A model generated the notes under the pieces. That model ran no database searches. It saw only the letters and a program-made list of their open reading frames with translations, and was not told the DNA's origin. A stretch of 64,000 nucleotides of DNA. Source: Octopus bimaculoides. Its lineage: Eukaryota. The position numbers and the translations under genes are program-made. The DNA lies in the NCBI RefSeq assembly GCF_001194135.2, contig NC_068987.1, forward strand, positions 14,016,325 to 14,080,324. Reading direction: 5' to 3'. This document shows, piece after piece, positions 1-13,283 of the stretch. The number at the start of each line of letters is the position of its first letter. Position 1 is the first letter of the stretch.

Positions 1-242
1 CAGACCTTGTGGACACCCTATATATATATATATAATGATTTGAATAACATCTGTGTTTGACTCCATTTAATTTATCCATGTTATACAAAAACACTTCACT
101 TAATCCTGAAATTTCTACCTTTATAAGGTAGAAATTTTCCCCTTTATTTTCTTTGTTTATTTTTTTTTTTTCCTTTTTCTGTCTTTCTTCCCCCTTTTCT
201 CTGTCACATGACTTTGTAAAGGAATAATCGGGTGTGTTTATT

Positions 243-280
243 TTAATAGCCTACCAATGTATACTGTGCGTTTCTCTGCC
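243..280 (-). CDS. Candidate terminal coding exon (G-QRNAQYTLVGY*)
   Basis: Long minus-strand pyrimidine tract, then cacctag|. A phase-1 start is compatible with the 2997 donor. TAA at 243-245 is followed directly by AATAAA at 237-242. No homology support. Confidence 0.25.
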
Positions 281-344
281 CTAGGTGTCAGGAAGACACT
301 CAGAAAGAAATGGAAACAGAATTGAAAGATGATAATGAAAATAA

Positions 345-545
345 TGTTTGCAGATTTTGGCACAAGGCCAGCAATTTTTTGACTGGATGTTAAGTCAATT
401 ACATTGATCCCAAGCTCAACTGGTACTTATTTTATTGACCCCCAAAAGAATGAAAGGCAAAGTCAACCCTGGAATGAATGCAAAAATGGACAAAATGCCA
501 CTAAGCATTTTGCCCAGCATGCTAATGATTCTGCCAGCTTGTTGC
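345..545 (-). mobile_element. Degenerate tRNA-derived SINE, family B
   Basis: Shares ctggtacttattttattgacccc..aaaggcaaagtcaacc with copies at 24034, 26490, 43125 and 50370. Confidence 0.7.
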
Positions 546-944
546 TTTAATGATAATAATGATGATGATGACGACAATGTTGATGATGCCTTTGGCTTTT
601 TCCCATGCAAGGATTTTTTTTAACCCAATATTTAACACATTATTAAATATAGTTTTATCTACTTCTTTAAAAGCAATTGATTTTATATCTCTTGAAGTTT
701 CTGAAATTCTTTTGATGTGAATAATAGCAGTTTTCACTTTCGATAAAACCTAATCATATGACCAGAAATTGAGAATTATGTGAAATGATGAATAATTGAC
801 ATGTAAGTAGTGGGAAAATTTAAGTTTCCCATTTCTACCAGTTTTATTCATATCAAGACAGAATTTTTCCTATAAGATTAGATGAAGCTCCGAAATAGAA
901 TGAGTTTACACAAGAATATGTTTCTATGTCTAAAAATACACAAT

Positions 945-1323
945 CTTTTATCTTTTACTTGTTTCAGTCATTGGACTGCAGTCATGCTGGGGTACCACCT
1001 TGAATGGTTTAGCTCAGGGGTCCCCAAACTTTTTAGACCATTGACCCTTTCATGGAATCCTTGATTCCCTACTCATCGACCCCCCCCACCAGGCATGTAC
1101 AAAACAATAATAATAATCAAGTAGATGCGCATTTATCAACCCCTGGATAGTCCTATCGACCCCAGGGGCTCAATATTGACCACTTTGGAGAACCCTGGTT
1201 TAGTTGAACAAATCAACTTATGCCTGGTATTTATTTTATAGATCTCTTTCATTGAATTGCTAAGTTACAAGAATGAAAGCAAACCAACACCAGTTGTCAA
1301 GCAGTAGTGGGGAGGACACAAAG

Positions 1324-1355
<32 letters not shown>

Positions 1356-1420
1356 ACTTTCAACCAAATTCACTCCCAAGACATTAGTGGCTCAAGGCTA
1401 TAGCAGAAGATACTCGTTCA
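945..1420 (-). mobile_element. tRNA-derived SINE, family A, split by a hAT MITE
   Basis: Family-A tail ttttacttgtttcagtcattggactgcagtcatgctgg. The sequence resumes after 1198 with gaacaaatcaac...ctaagttacaag and (CA)n. Confidence 0.75.
1015..1197. mobile_element. hAT (Charlie-like) MITE
   Basis: TIRs caggggtccccaaa / tttggagaaccctg. 8-bp TSD gtttagct / gtttagtt. Confidence 0.8.
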
Positions 1421-2579
1421 TACAAGCAAGGCTGTTATTTCCTGTCTTCTGTGAAAAACATGTTTGACTAAGGAAAAATACTACCTTGCTTGGAAATAGG
1501 TAAAAGTTGGTAACAAGGAAAAATTTTCATTGAATCCATGCAAACATGGAAAAATGGATGTTAAATAATGATGATTTTATAAAAGGCAACTCTTCACAAT
1601 TTTCATGCCAACTGGCTCTACTCCTTACAACAAAATCCTATACTCTTCAATCTCATTTGACATTCTCAACATTTGCAAAAGCTCACATATGTAAATACTG
1701 AAGAATTTAAATCTTCTTGGTCATTATGAGTACTTATTACCATAATGTATACAACCTTTTCGACAATAAAGGTGACACAGATGATAAGGTAAGATAAGAT
1801 AAAATTTTTATCTCCAAGTTTGAAACTACAGTGTAGAAAATACTAACATCACTCAAAAAATATCTCCAACTAAAACTTACACTTGAAGACTGATTCACGA
1901 AAATGATAACTCTTATGCACACAGTTATCGTTTACATGAAGAAATAATATATTTGTCCTCCATTCAATAAAACAATTTTATTTAGTTGTTCAACTCCTAA
2001 ACACTATATCATCATGGCAATAATAAACCACTATGCCTCATTTCAAATATCATCATGATTATTATCATCATTTAATATCCACTTTCCCATGCTTGCATCG
2101 TTCAGATGGAATTTGTTGAGGCAGATTTTCAACAGCCAAAACCCTTCCTGTCACCAAACTTGACCTGCTTCCAAGCAAAGTAATATTTTCCAATCTCATT
2201 TTTATAACAACACTTATTTACAACCATCACATGATGTCTTTGCGTTTGTCTCACTCCACCATTTAACCGGTGTTGGTTTGTTTACATCCCTGTAACTTAG
2301 GGGTTTGGCAAAAGAAACTGATAAAATAAGTATCAGATTCAAAAATGGGTACGGGGATCAATTTATTTACCTAAACTCTTGAAGGCTGTACCCCAGCATG
2401 GCTGCAGTCCAATGACAGACACAAGTAAAAGATAAAGATATATATTTCAATAAACTTCAGTTAATAAAATTGAGATGGGACACTGTCAAGATTTCTGAGA
2501 AATTTCAAACAGCCATGTAGGTCTGTACACGCATACACACCAATTTATGCAGTGTGATAGAAACTGAAAGCAGAAATGC

Positions 2580-2716
2580 AAATGGTTGGCGTTAGGAAGG
2601 GCATCTAGCTGTAGAAACTCTGCCAAATCAGATTGGAGCCTGGTGTTGCCATCTGGTTTCACCAGTCCTCAGTCAAATCGTCCAACCCATGCTAGCATGG
2701 AAAGCGGACGTTAAAC

Positions 2717-2749
<33 letters not shown>

Positions 2750-2750
2750 T
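2580..2750 (+). mobile_element. 3' tail of RTE-type LINE or partner SINE ending in (GAT)n
   Basis: ggttggcgttaggaagggcatctagctgtagaaac...cccatgctagcatggaaagcggacgttaaacgatgatg. Same tail as at 45260-45415, which follows RTE coding sequence. Confidence 0.75.
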
Positions 2751-2996
2751 GATATAAATATAATTTTTCTTTCGTGTATATTTTTAGCCAGAGATTTGTG
2801 CTAAATCCTATGTTGGGACAAAATATATTTCATGAGATTTATAATGGTCACACACATAAAGCCCTCATCTTAAATATCTCTCCTTAAAATATGGTAACAT
2901 TCAATGTCATACGTTACTGGACGTGGACAGTTTGTAGGCCATCTAACTAAATCTTAAACCTAACTATTGTATTTATGCATATATATATATTCTTAC

Positions 2997-3141
2997 CACG
3001 TTCATTATGATAATATCTTAACTGTTCAAGAACATGTTCTGCAGCACAGATCTTCGCTTCCTCTATAGTACGGCTGAATACTCTTGGTTGCCATCCATTT
3101 GTATATGGTATATGAGAACCAGATAAACTAGATAGAGTGAC
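2997..3141 (-). CDS. A1CF: Coding exon, second half of dsRBD-like domain (VTLSSLSGSHIPYTNGWQPRVFSRTIEEAKICAAEHVLEQLRYYHNER)
   Basis: Acceptor ttttttttgttttctcttgtag| is phase 0. Donor CGTG|gtaaga is phase 1. Length 145 nt. EEAK..AAE..L..L is the terminal helix motif of the family domain. Confidence 0.85.
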
Positions 3142-4216
3142 CTACAAGAGAAAACAAAAAAAATAAATAAGAAGCAATTAATCAAATGACAGTAATGAAT
3201 TTATTTGTTGAGAAGAGTAACCCCACTGATTTGAGTGTCCATTGTGAAAGGATTTGTATTATCTTTTATCTATTTTAATTATGAGTTACAAGACTGTGGC
3301 CATGCTGGGGCATGGCTTTGAAAATTTTTTTAGTCAAATGAATCAAACCCAGTACTTTTTTTTTGTTTTTTTTTAAAGCCTAGTCCTTATTCTATCAGTC
3401 TCTGTTGCTGAACTGCTAAGTTATGGGGGATGTAAACATACCAACATCAGTTGTGAAGCAGTAGTGAGGGACAAACAGACACAAAAACACACACAGACAT
3501 ATATATATATATACAAACACACAGACACAAATGTCTTTTAGTTTCCTTCAACCAAATCCACTCACAAGGCTTTGGTTGGCCTGAGGCTATAGTAGAAGAC
3601 ATTTTCCCAAAGTACCAAGTAATGGGATTGAACCTTGACCGGGTGGTTAGGAAGCAAACTTCTTACCACACAGCCACACCTGTGTCTTTTATTTTTGTTT
3701 CGTTATTTTATGGCCAGGTCAGAGGAAGAAGGGAGTGTAATGCCATGGCCATTTTGCATGATCTACAACACAGGTGAGAGAAAAGAAGGAAACAACTCAG
3801 ACAGGAGAACTAGTATAAATGCTTGAGACAGAATGTGTTCTTTCAATCTCTTTGCTGAACCACTAAGTTACAAGGAAGTAAACAAACCAACACCAGTTAT
3901 CAAACAGTGGGGAAGGGACAAACACAAACACAATGATAAAGACACACACTACAACAGGCTTCCATGTAGTTTGTCTACTAATGTTCATTCACAAAATATT
4001 GGTTGGGTCTGGGCTATAGTAGAAGACACTCACTGGGGCTGAACCAGAAAACACATGCATTCATGTCTATTATATTATTGATCTTATGGGATGACAGACA
4101 AAATTCGTTTGGCAGGATTTGTACTCACAACATAAAAGGAACAGAACAAAATTTCAAAACTGTAAGTGCATGTGCTCAACAAAAATGTTTTTCTTTTTTA
4201 TTAAGGACACAATTAC

Positions 4217-4312
4217 CTTGAAAATATAACATAGATAACCGTTGATATTGGTAGTTAATAGATGATAAATTGGTGTGCCCCATCCATTCTTTAAACATAT
4301 ATTCTCTAAAAC
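4217..4312 (-). CDS. A1CF: Coding exon, first half of C-terminal dsRBD-like domain (VLENICLKNGWGTPIYHLLTTNINGYLCYIFK)
   Basis: Strong acceptor ttttgttttgtttctgtttccag|, donor AAG|gtaatt, 96 nt, phase 0-0. The LE..C.KN.WG.P.Y.L...F/YK pattern is that of the A1CF/RBM46/DND1 C-terminal domain. Confidence 0.85.
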
Positions 4313-4486
4313 CTGGAAACAGAAACAAAACAAAAAACAGTAGATAATTAATTTTAGAATGGCAATGAAATAATGAGCCTAAAGAAGGTTCATAAATCTG
4401 ATGTTTAACTCCAGATTCAATAGTGTTAAGCCAATGAGAAATGTGTTCCATCTTGAATAGGATGCCAATATCACAAGTAATATTAA

Positions 4487-4706
4487 CTCTTTGGCATACA
4501 GATTTCTCTGTCAAAGGTAATACTTATTTATCCGCATTGATTTGAATTTATCAAGCATTATCTTGTAACTTTGAGATTTCAAAGACAAGATTGTTTCTTT
4601 TTACATTGACATTGTAGGGTAGGTGCAAGAGGGTGGATCTGGCCAGTTTTAACACAAAAGAGGTAGAATATTTTGGCCAGATATGGCAGGTTTAAATGCT
4701 AAAGGT
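4487..4706. mobile_element. piggyBac-like MITE (family copies at 8833-9051 and 17550-17727)
   Basis: TTAA on both sides. Ends ctctttggcat / atgctaaaggt. Interior is shared with the other two copies. Confidence 0.7.
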
Positions 4707-5279
4707 TTAATAGAGGAGAACTGAGGCACAAACACTCAACAAAATACATAGAACTAATACAAACTTTCCTTATTATTACTGAGCCCCTGGTTAGTCCTGA
4801 ATGAGTAGAATATCTTCATTTTTTCCTTTTTTTAAGTCATAAAATATCTTGAATTACATTATTCAGTGTCTTTCTTTTAAGATGAGACTAGTTGAATGTG
4901 ATTGGTGTGGGGAGACTTTTCTGCTACATCTAGCAAACTGAACTTAATGACTCTACTCAAGAAATAGCACTGTCTTTTGGTAATAATCCAAACCATCATT
5001 ATTAGAAATTCTTAAATCCAAAATGTAAAATATAGTAAATAAGGCAAATAAATTATAATTTTTGTTTTTTGCTGCCCTAGTCAATGCACAGTAGTAAATA
5101 TTTTTAAAGTATTTAAGCAGGATTAGTGTCATTTGAATTCTAAACTTTATTCTAAGAGTAGATTAGCAGTTAGGTTGTTGCATTCATGATTATAAGATTT
5201 GAGGTTGATTCATAATATGAGTGGTGCATTGTGCACTTCTTCATCACCAGGCTGACTTTCTTTGGCTGGATGCCCTTCC

Positions 5280-5540
5280 TGTTGCCAAAGCATCATAATT
5301 ATTGTCCTTTTACAAGTCCTGATGGTGGTGCAATATGTAGAGATCACTGCTATTGTCATGTTACTTGTGATGACTCCAAGCTTAATTATTTTGTTACATA
5401 ATCTGACTACCTTAGTTATTTTATCTATCCATTTGTCTGCCAACAATGTGCATACCTCAATGATGTTGCTCACCCAGAAGAATTTGTACCCGTGTTCATT
5501 GCCTATAAAGCCCCTCTCTATTTTACCTCTGGTACACACT
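5280..5540 (-). mobile_element. LINE apurinic-endonuclease remnant (RTE-like)
   Basis: Translation HGYKFFW..LLADKWIDKITKVVRLCNKIIKL..IAVIS.Y resembles the non-LTR retrotransposon endonuclease domain. Confidence 0.65.
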
Positions 5541-6962
5541 ACATGTCAACTCAACACGAGTTTAGCCTCTCTACAAAATCTCCCCAGATTTAGCTTTCAT
5601 TGCACCAACACATTGACGAAAAGTTTCAATTATTAATTTTTATAGTAATTATTAGAACAAGTTTAAAATATTAAAATCATTAGAAATATTGACTTTTTCA
5701 CACACACACAAAAGAGAGAAGAAAACCCATATGCAAAACCAATTTCTTTTATATGTTTCAATTAAATCATAAACTATGCCGATAGTACACATAGTAACAA
5801 AATAGAAAAAAGAAAAATGAAATTCATAGAGAAATATTCTTACAGAGTAAGCACCACATAAATATGATGTAATGGTTTCACAGAAAGATATAGCAGAGTG
5901 AATTCTAAATACTTTTTCTGGGTTCATGGAAGGACTTAGATTTAATCTAACAAGCTGACAACATATCTGTGAACTTTCTCACCATATAGCATCTACTTTT
6001 CTGAGCTAGACAAGCTAGATGAACTAGTTCATAAAAGTCCAGTGTTTTCTAGGGAATACAGTGTAATGCAAATGATGGGTAAATCAGTATTTTATTGGTT
6101 TAAATAGCTTTTACTTTCCTTCATGTATTAATAGCATTCAATATGTGCCGTTCTCAACTCCTTAGAATGGGCAAGTTAGCAGATGACTCATAAAATAGAG
6201 ATTCCACATTATGACAATTTTAGAAGTCTCTGGTAAGGCCAACTCCAATATGGAGGTGATTAAAACACTTAACATTCCACATTTCAAATTTTCTGCTGGA
6301 TCCATCTTCATATCTGGCATTGATGGAATTCTAAAGGCAAATACAGCAGGAGTTTCCCATATGTAATAACATAAATTTGGAAAAAAAAAAATTGAGGAAC
6401 TATGCAATTAGCAAACAAAAATTGGGAGCATACACACAAGATCATACCATGTGTGTACTTAGTTTGAAGTACAAAGCTTGCTTCTCAACCACAAGGTCTT
6501 AGGTTCAGTCCCACAGTATGACACTTGGGAAAGTGTCTTCTACTATAGCTGTGGGCTGACCAAAACAATGCAAGTCTGGTAGGTGGAAACTGTAAGAAGC
6601 CCATTGTGTATATGTGTGTGTGCGTGTGTTACTGTCTACTTGCCTTGACTTCATATGATAATCATAAATGACACACCATTATGCAAGCAGTGTCCTTCAT
6701 TATCAGTCTTTTGAGAAACCATGTCTGCTCATGGGAAATATAATCTTAGTTGGAAACAGGTGACAAGAAGGATGAGGATGTTTTGTTGTTTTTATACTAC
6801 TGAAAATTGGAAAATCATATGTATGGCTGTTGTTATTTACTAGGCTTGTATTTTAATAATTATGCAATGAATTTCACACCTGCAAATGGAGTATACTTCC
6901 AAGTTGCAGAAAAGAACTAAGAGATAGGTTTGAGAGAGAGGGAGATAGATAGATAGATAGAT

Positions 6963-7021
<59 letters not shown>

Positions 7022-7499
7022 NNNNNNNNNNNNNNNNNNNNNNNNNNNNNNNNNNNNNNNNNNNNNNNNNNNNNNNNNNNNNNNNNNNNNNNNNNNNNNN
7101 NNNNNNNNNNNNNNNNNNNNNNNNNNNNNNNNNNNNNNNNNNNNNNNNNNNNNNNNNNNNNNNNNNNNNNNNNNNNNNNNNNNNNNNNNNNNNNNNNNNN
7201 NNNNNNNNNNNNNNNNNNNNNNNNNNNNNNNNNNNNNNNNNNNNNNNNNNNNNNNNNNNNNNNNNNNNNNNNNNNNNNNNNNNNNNNNNNNNNNNNNNNN
7301 NNNNNNNNNNNNNNNNNNNNNNNNNNNNNNNNNNNNNNNNNNNNNNNNNNNNNNNNNNNNNNNNNNNNNNNNNNNNNNNNNNNNNNNNNNNNAAAAAAAA
7401 AAAAAAAAAAAAGACTTTATGGAGTGAGCCTTCCATCATGCCCAGCCCAAGGGAACTTGTGCCTTTTGATGTGTTGCAATTCCATCATTTACTCTATTC

Positions 7500-8340
7500 T
7501 GTTTTTAAATTACTTCAATTTAGACATGCTCCAACAAAGATATTCCTAGCATGGATCTTTCCATGGATCTCCATGTTGTAACTAGTTACTGATCTTTCTT
7601 CTTTGTAGTAGCCCATGTCTCACTTGTGTTAAAAAGCAAAACCACGATTATAATATTGAAGAGGTTGGCATGCAAAATCTTGTCCATCTGTCCTTTAAGA
7701 ACATCTTTAATCAAAGCAAACACCTTCCAACTTGCTCTTGCTCTAACCGAGATTTCAGCTAACACATCTCTGCATACATTTACTGTCTCCATGTACTTGT
7801 TCACTGCCTCAATTTTATCACTTCCTACCATTATTTGGCCTTGTGATATGCTTTTAGGCCATGTGTGTTTTGTCTTCATGCAGTTTATTTTGAAGCTTAC
7901 TGCTGAGCTCTGGGTGTCCATCTCTATCAGCAAAGTTTGTAGCTGCTCTGAGCCTTCTAATGATGAGCATGATTCTGCCTGTGAATCAGGTGTGTAATAG
8001 CTTACCATTGGTGTTAACACCACCTTTTCAATCAATGCCTCTGATGTCTATATTAAGAGTTGAAATGCTGTTTGATTTTTTTTTTCTCACTGTAGAACTT
8101 CAATCATCCCACTACCAAGTTTTCCATCACACCTTCCTTCCTCATTCACATGTTGTGACAGAGAAATACACAAGAGTATTATTATAGTAGATATATTCAG
8201 TGAAGAGCTTTGGAGATGTGGTATCTCCTCGTTTGACACCCTTCCCAACTGGAACTTTTACAGCTAGTAAGTATCAGCAGAGCAATATCAGTGTTACATC
8301 CTGAGTTTGTCTTCCTGAGAAGTTTAATGTATTGTATCTC
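7500..8340 (-). mobile_element. RTE-type LINE reverse-transcriptase remnant, interrupted at about 8055-8195
   Basis: GKGVKRGDTTSPKLF (GVRQGD..SP.LF motif), then LQTLLIEM..FKINCMKTK..LFN..SETWATTK. Confidence 0.8.
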
Positions 8341-9825
8341 TCAACTCATTCAACTTTGTCCTCAACAAGGGTATTTTTCTCCCCTTTCAAACATCAATAG
8401 TAACAGAGAATGAGAATTTTCTATTAGCTACTGTCTTCCACTCCTTAACATTTCCATTACTATACCAATTATTATTATCATTATTATTAATTTTCTTTCT
8501 TACCTATTAGTTGGAGCTGATAATGGCTGGCATAATTCTAAACCTCCGTATGAGTTCTAGACAAGAATGGAAAGTAAAAATAGCTATACTGGCAACAATT
8601 TACATCAAGATAAATTCATATAACAGGGATTCCTGTAATACATGAAGCTTTTAAGACTAGATCACATTCATCTAACAGAAAAGTAGTCATTATTAATAAG
8701 TAATGTACTGATTACACTGGATCTTAGAGAAATGTGTACTAGACTTTAAAAATATTTATAAAAAAAAAAAACACAGTTAAATGTTGTTTATTGGACATTT
8801 TGTATGTTGTTGCATTGGTGAGTCAGTATTAACCCATAAGCATTCAGATTAATCTGTCAAATGTAATGCTTAATAAATCATTCATAGTTTTGAATTAATC
8901 ATGCAATAATCTTGTAACCTAGAGATTTTGATGATGTGATTATTTTTAGAATGACACTGTGGGGTAGGTGTGAGAAGCCAAATCTGGCTGATTTGAACAC
9001 AAAATGAATAGAATATTTCGGGTAGATATGGCCAGTTTAAATGCCAAAGAGTTATACAGACACTGAAGTTAAAGAGGATCAAGGGTTTGATCATTTCACT
9101 TTTGTTTCCACACACAGTGTGATATGAATTACATCGTTATTCACTTTCTCAGTCAAATAAGGAATGATTTCTAGCAAGTTAAGCAACCATGTAAGAGTTC
9201 ACTTTTTGCATAAATTCTACAAGCATATACAAATTATTCTCAAGCATTATAAAGTTGGTGGATTAACATAATGATTAGTTAGAGTTGTAAAAAAAAATGC
9301 TTTCTGGTATTTCTTTCTGGCTCTTTTAGCATTTCAAGTTCAAATTCTACCAAAAGTCAGTTTTATCTTTTACACTTCCAGGGTTGATAAAATAAAGTAC
9401 TAGTTATGTAATAGAGAGCACAGCATTGACTAATTCCTCCCCCAAATATTTGTTCATGTGAACATGTTAGAAATCATTTGTTTCATTTATGCCAGTCATG
9501 CTATTGGAAAAGCATGAATATCATAACCTCTTTTTTGTTTACCCCCAAAATGTCAAGTCTACTTGGGAAAAGTAATGGAAAAAAAACACTTTCAAGATTC
9601 TCAGAAAGTCCCTGCAAGTTAGGTACAAAATAGCAATTATTATTCTTTTTATTATTATTACATGCATTCATGAGCATTTTAGAAAAACATTTAACTATTG
9701 TAGGGGGTGGAATGAAAAAAATTTATGTCACAAATTTATTAGTGGACTTAGTGGTTATGCAAGGTTTAGGTGACTAATACTGGGTGCAGTAAGTAAAATA
9801 AAAAGATCTTTTGTATTATAAATAG

Positions 9826-10215
9826 TACTAGCTGGCCCTGTGCCGTCAAAAATGACAGCTAATTGTAGTATTTTATATATAAATAAGGTACAAAATAATC
9901 ACAGATACAAACATTCACATACTTCCCTTGTACACGCACACACATACACTCACACGGAGTAGAAACAATGTCTGATTTTTCTTTCCAGCGTTGAGTGTTC
10001 ACCGTCACATTTCCATGGCACACATACACACACAAACATTCACATCACTCCCTTTTATATACACACACACACATACTCGTGTAGAGTTGAAATGCTGTTT
10101 GATTTTCTTTTTCACTGTAGAACTTCCATCACCCCACTACCAAGTTTTCCATCACCCCTTCCTTCCTCATTCATATGTTGTGACGGAGAAATACACAAGA
10201 GTATTTTTTTAGTAG
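9826..10215 (+). mobile_element. Non-autonomous Helitron/Helentron-like repeat; last ~140 bp recur at 8055-8195
   Basis: Begins tactagctggccc, has internal (CA)n, ends tttttagtagatat. 10080-10215 is nearly identical to 8055-8195. The class assignment is inference. Confidence 0.45.
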
Positions 10216-11364
10216 ATATATTTGATAATAAATCTGTTTTGTATGTCTTGCAGTATGTTTTATCCGCAACTTAACATCTCAAATCCCAACTATTAATTTG
10301 CATTGTGTAGTTAGTATGGGGAAAGAAGGTAGTGTCTATAACCATTTTAGGCCCTCTTAGACAGATGGATAAGGATATGAGATTAATCAATGGATTATCT
10401 CAATTCTACTTTTGATTCATTAATATCTAAACTCCACAGTTCTCAAAGACTTATTCCAATTATTGTTATGAAGTGCAGTAAACAACCTAACTCTTGATTA
10501 GGTCTGAGAAGACATACTGAGATAAGAGTAATTTTTCTCAGGATTAAAAAAACATTTTCCATATTTAAATGTTTTAGACATTTTTCCTTATTTCAACAAT
10601 TACTTTTTGTAGTTAATATTTTTACTCATTTACAAGAATACAGCTTCCTTCTTTCATGATTGTGGATAAAATCATATTCTTCTTTCTGTGATTATTACCA
10701 AGTTTCACACAAGGGTGCGAAATTAGCATGAAATAGACCAGCAAATGATATTAAAACATTTTGTTACATGTCGGGATGGTCATTTTTATTCTATTTTTAC
10801 CATATAAACACATGCATTATATATTCATTCTTCACTTCAGTTTTATTATTGTTCTTATTTTAGTGTCCTTTGTATGAAACCTTTCGTCACACATCCTGTG
10901 ACTGCTTCAGCGTCTCTCCATCCCACCTGTCCCCTCCTGTTCTGTTTAGTCCATTCTGTCTTTCTATGACAAAGGACCACTAAAATAAGAACAAAAATAA
11001 AGCTGAAGTGTGGGTGTTTATTTGGAGAAGAAAAAAAAAAACAAAAAAAAAAAAACGACCGTCCCAAAATATAGCTTCAACACATGATTTCACATCAGGA
11101 ATCTTGCAAACCAAACACATAAACAATATTAAAACAGTTATAACAACGTTTATCATTGTAAGAAAATATATGTAATTAGAAACAAACGAAATAAACACAA
11201 CTGTAAACTGCTGAAATATAAACAATAAAACTATTTGGAAAAAGCATACCAAAGCAATCATATATAGATATATAAAAGACGTTATAAATTTATTAAATGT
11301 TTAAACAAGAAATGATATAATAACTGATAAAATTATGAATCATGATATAAAAAATAAATAATGA

Positions 11365-11545
11365 CTATATTTGATGGTATAAAAGATGCAGGTATATTAT
11401 ATGCATCCCAATTTTAGCAGTACATATTCAAGAGAAAAGTCTTCAGTGGATTAGAGCAATTTATATTTAAAGCAACATTGCATATAGGACCCAGGGTGAT
11501 TTTCTTCAGACATTTTTTGGGGGAAAAAAGTGCCATCAAATATAG
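11365..11545. mobile_element. Tc1/mariner-type (Tc2-like) MITE; related copy at 25868-26453
   Basis: TIRs ctatatttgatgg / ccatcaaatatag with TA on the right. Shared interior ataggacccagggtgat. Confidence 0.65.
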
Positions 11546-13206
11546 TATATGAACTAATGGAAACAATACACAATAGAAGAAGGAACAAATGATTCCTTTG
11601 AGTATAAATATTGACTCACTTTGCTGTAAAAGAATTTTTCACCTATGATAGTATACCAATGCTTATATATGAACATTATAAAATTGCAGTAAGCTTTCTG
11701 GAACCTGTTTACAATTTCTTGTAGCAGACAATTTCCCTTTTACATTCCTTTGAGAAAGATAACATAAGCATTTCCCATTTTTTCCTTTCATCTGAGTTGA
11801 AGTCAAGCCTGTTGTTGCAAACGGTTAAATTGCATCTCCAGTTAAATACTAACTTGATATTGTCATATACTGTGCTTTCCTGCATACTGCCACCGTTTGT
11901 TGGAAGAAACAATGGGAAGTGGTACTCCAGCTGAGGCCTGCTACAGCATATGATACAAGATTAGTTTTACAATTCAGCCTCCAGAAGTTGTCTTGCCTTC
12001 CAGATAACCATTGTGTCAACTTTGATTTCCAAAGGAAGAGGACCTACCTACCAGAGCCACCTTAGCATTATTATAGAGACCCAGGCAAATCAATGTACTG
12101 GGCCCTATATTCATTTGACAGCAAACACAGGTCAGAATTGGGAGCCTAGACCTTTGGAGCATCTTCAGGCAACTACCCACACATGGAAGTATGATGAAAC
12201 AAATGTTAAAATTAGTAATGATGGAGGCTGGGAAGCTTCAATAAATCTACTGCCTCGTTCACATCTTTGCCACCTTCCTCCCCTCCTTATCTCCCACTCA
12301 TTTCTCCACCAACCAGCATTCCATTGTCCACCTCTTTCTCTACCATTATATTCTTGCTCCCTACACGTACCCATCCTGGGTTCATGTTTTCACTTCTAGT
12401 TATTTTTCATCTATATATTATAATCTTTGTTCTTCAGAAATTGCTGGACCCCTACCTCCACCACTTGGCTATCTTTGTTACTCTAGTTTTCCCACTTCTT
12501 GTCACTCTTGGTATTTCCAATCTCCTCAGCACCACACTCCCCATTATAGACCCAGCCCTTTCTACCCAGAACACTGGCCCTCTGGAATCTTCCCCGTCTG
12601 TCTTTCCTGCAGGTGTTGAACTGCAACAGCCTAAACAAAATATTAATAGCATCAAACTCACTAATGCTGGAGAGCCAATAAAGATCATGAGCAATGACTG
12701 TTCCTCCAGACTTTACAAGTTAAAAAAAAACAAAAAAAACCCTAAAATCTCATTTTTATTTCATTTAATTTTATGTGTTTATTGTCCTGTACTTCCCCAC
12801 CCGTTGAATCACAGGGACTTGTCATGCAAATATTTAGCTTTGGAATCTGTAGTATTTAAGAGAATGAAATTTAAATCTCTGAATAACTTGTCAATAATAT
12901 TCAGATGATCAGTTACCTCCAACCAGGTGAACTGAGGCACGAAATATCCTGTTCAGACACAACAATGAAATAACAACAGTGATTATGAACACAATATATC
13001 AACTATTTTTACTTTAACTGAACATTTATCTATATTCTATAATATATCTATACATGATTCTGTAGGTCTTTTTGATTCTGACTATGCACCGTTTAACATG
13101 CGATGATCTTTAAGTAGTGTTGTAAAGTAAGGCTTGTAATTTGAGACCTTACCAATTTTAATTACAACTGATGTTTTTCTGAAAACCCGGAAATTAGTTA
13201 GCAAAC

Positions 13207-13283
<77 letters not shown>

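Noticed and set aside
285-345. Plus-strand exon-like CQEDTQKEMETELK
   Set aside because: Better explained as the complement of a minus-strand pyrimidine tract. It runs into a SINE.
12013-12400. Possible Penelope GIY-YIG remnant (YI..TGQN..R..EHL)
   Set aside because: Similarity is too weak to support without a profile search.
12901-12960. Hammerhead-like cagatga...hairpin...gaaatatcctgttc
   Set aside because: Core mismatch and six extra bases between the hairpin and GAAA. The stems cannot be assembled convincingly.
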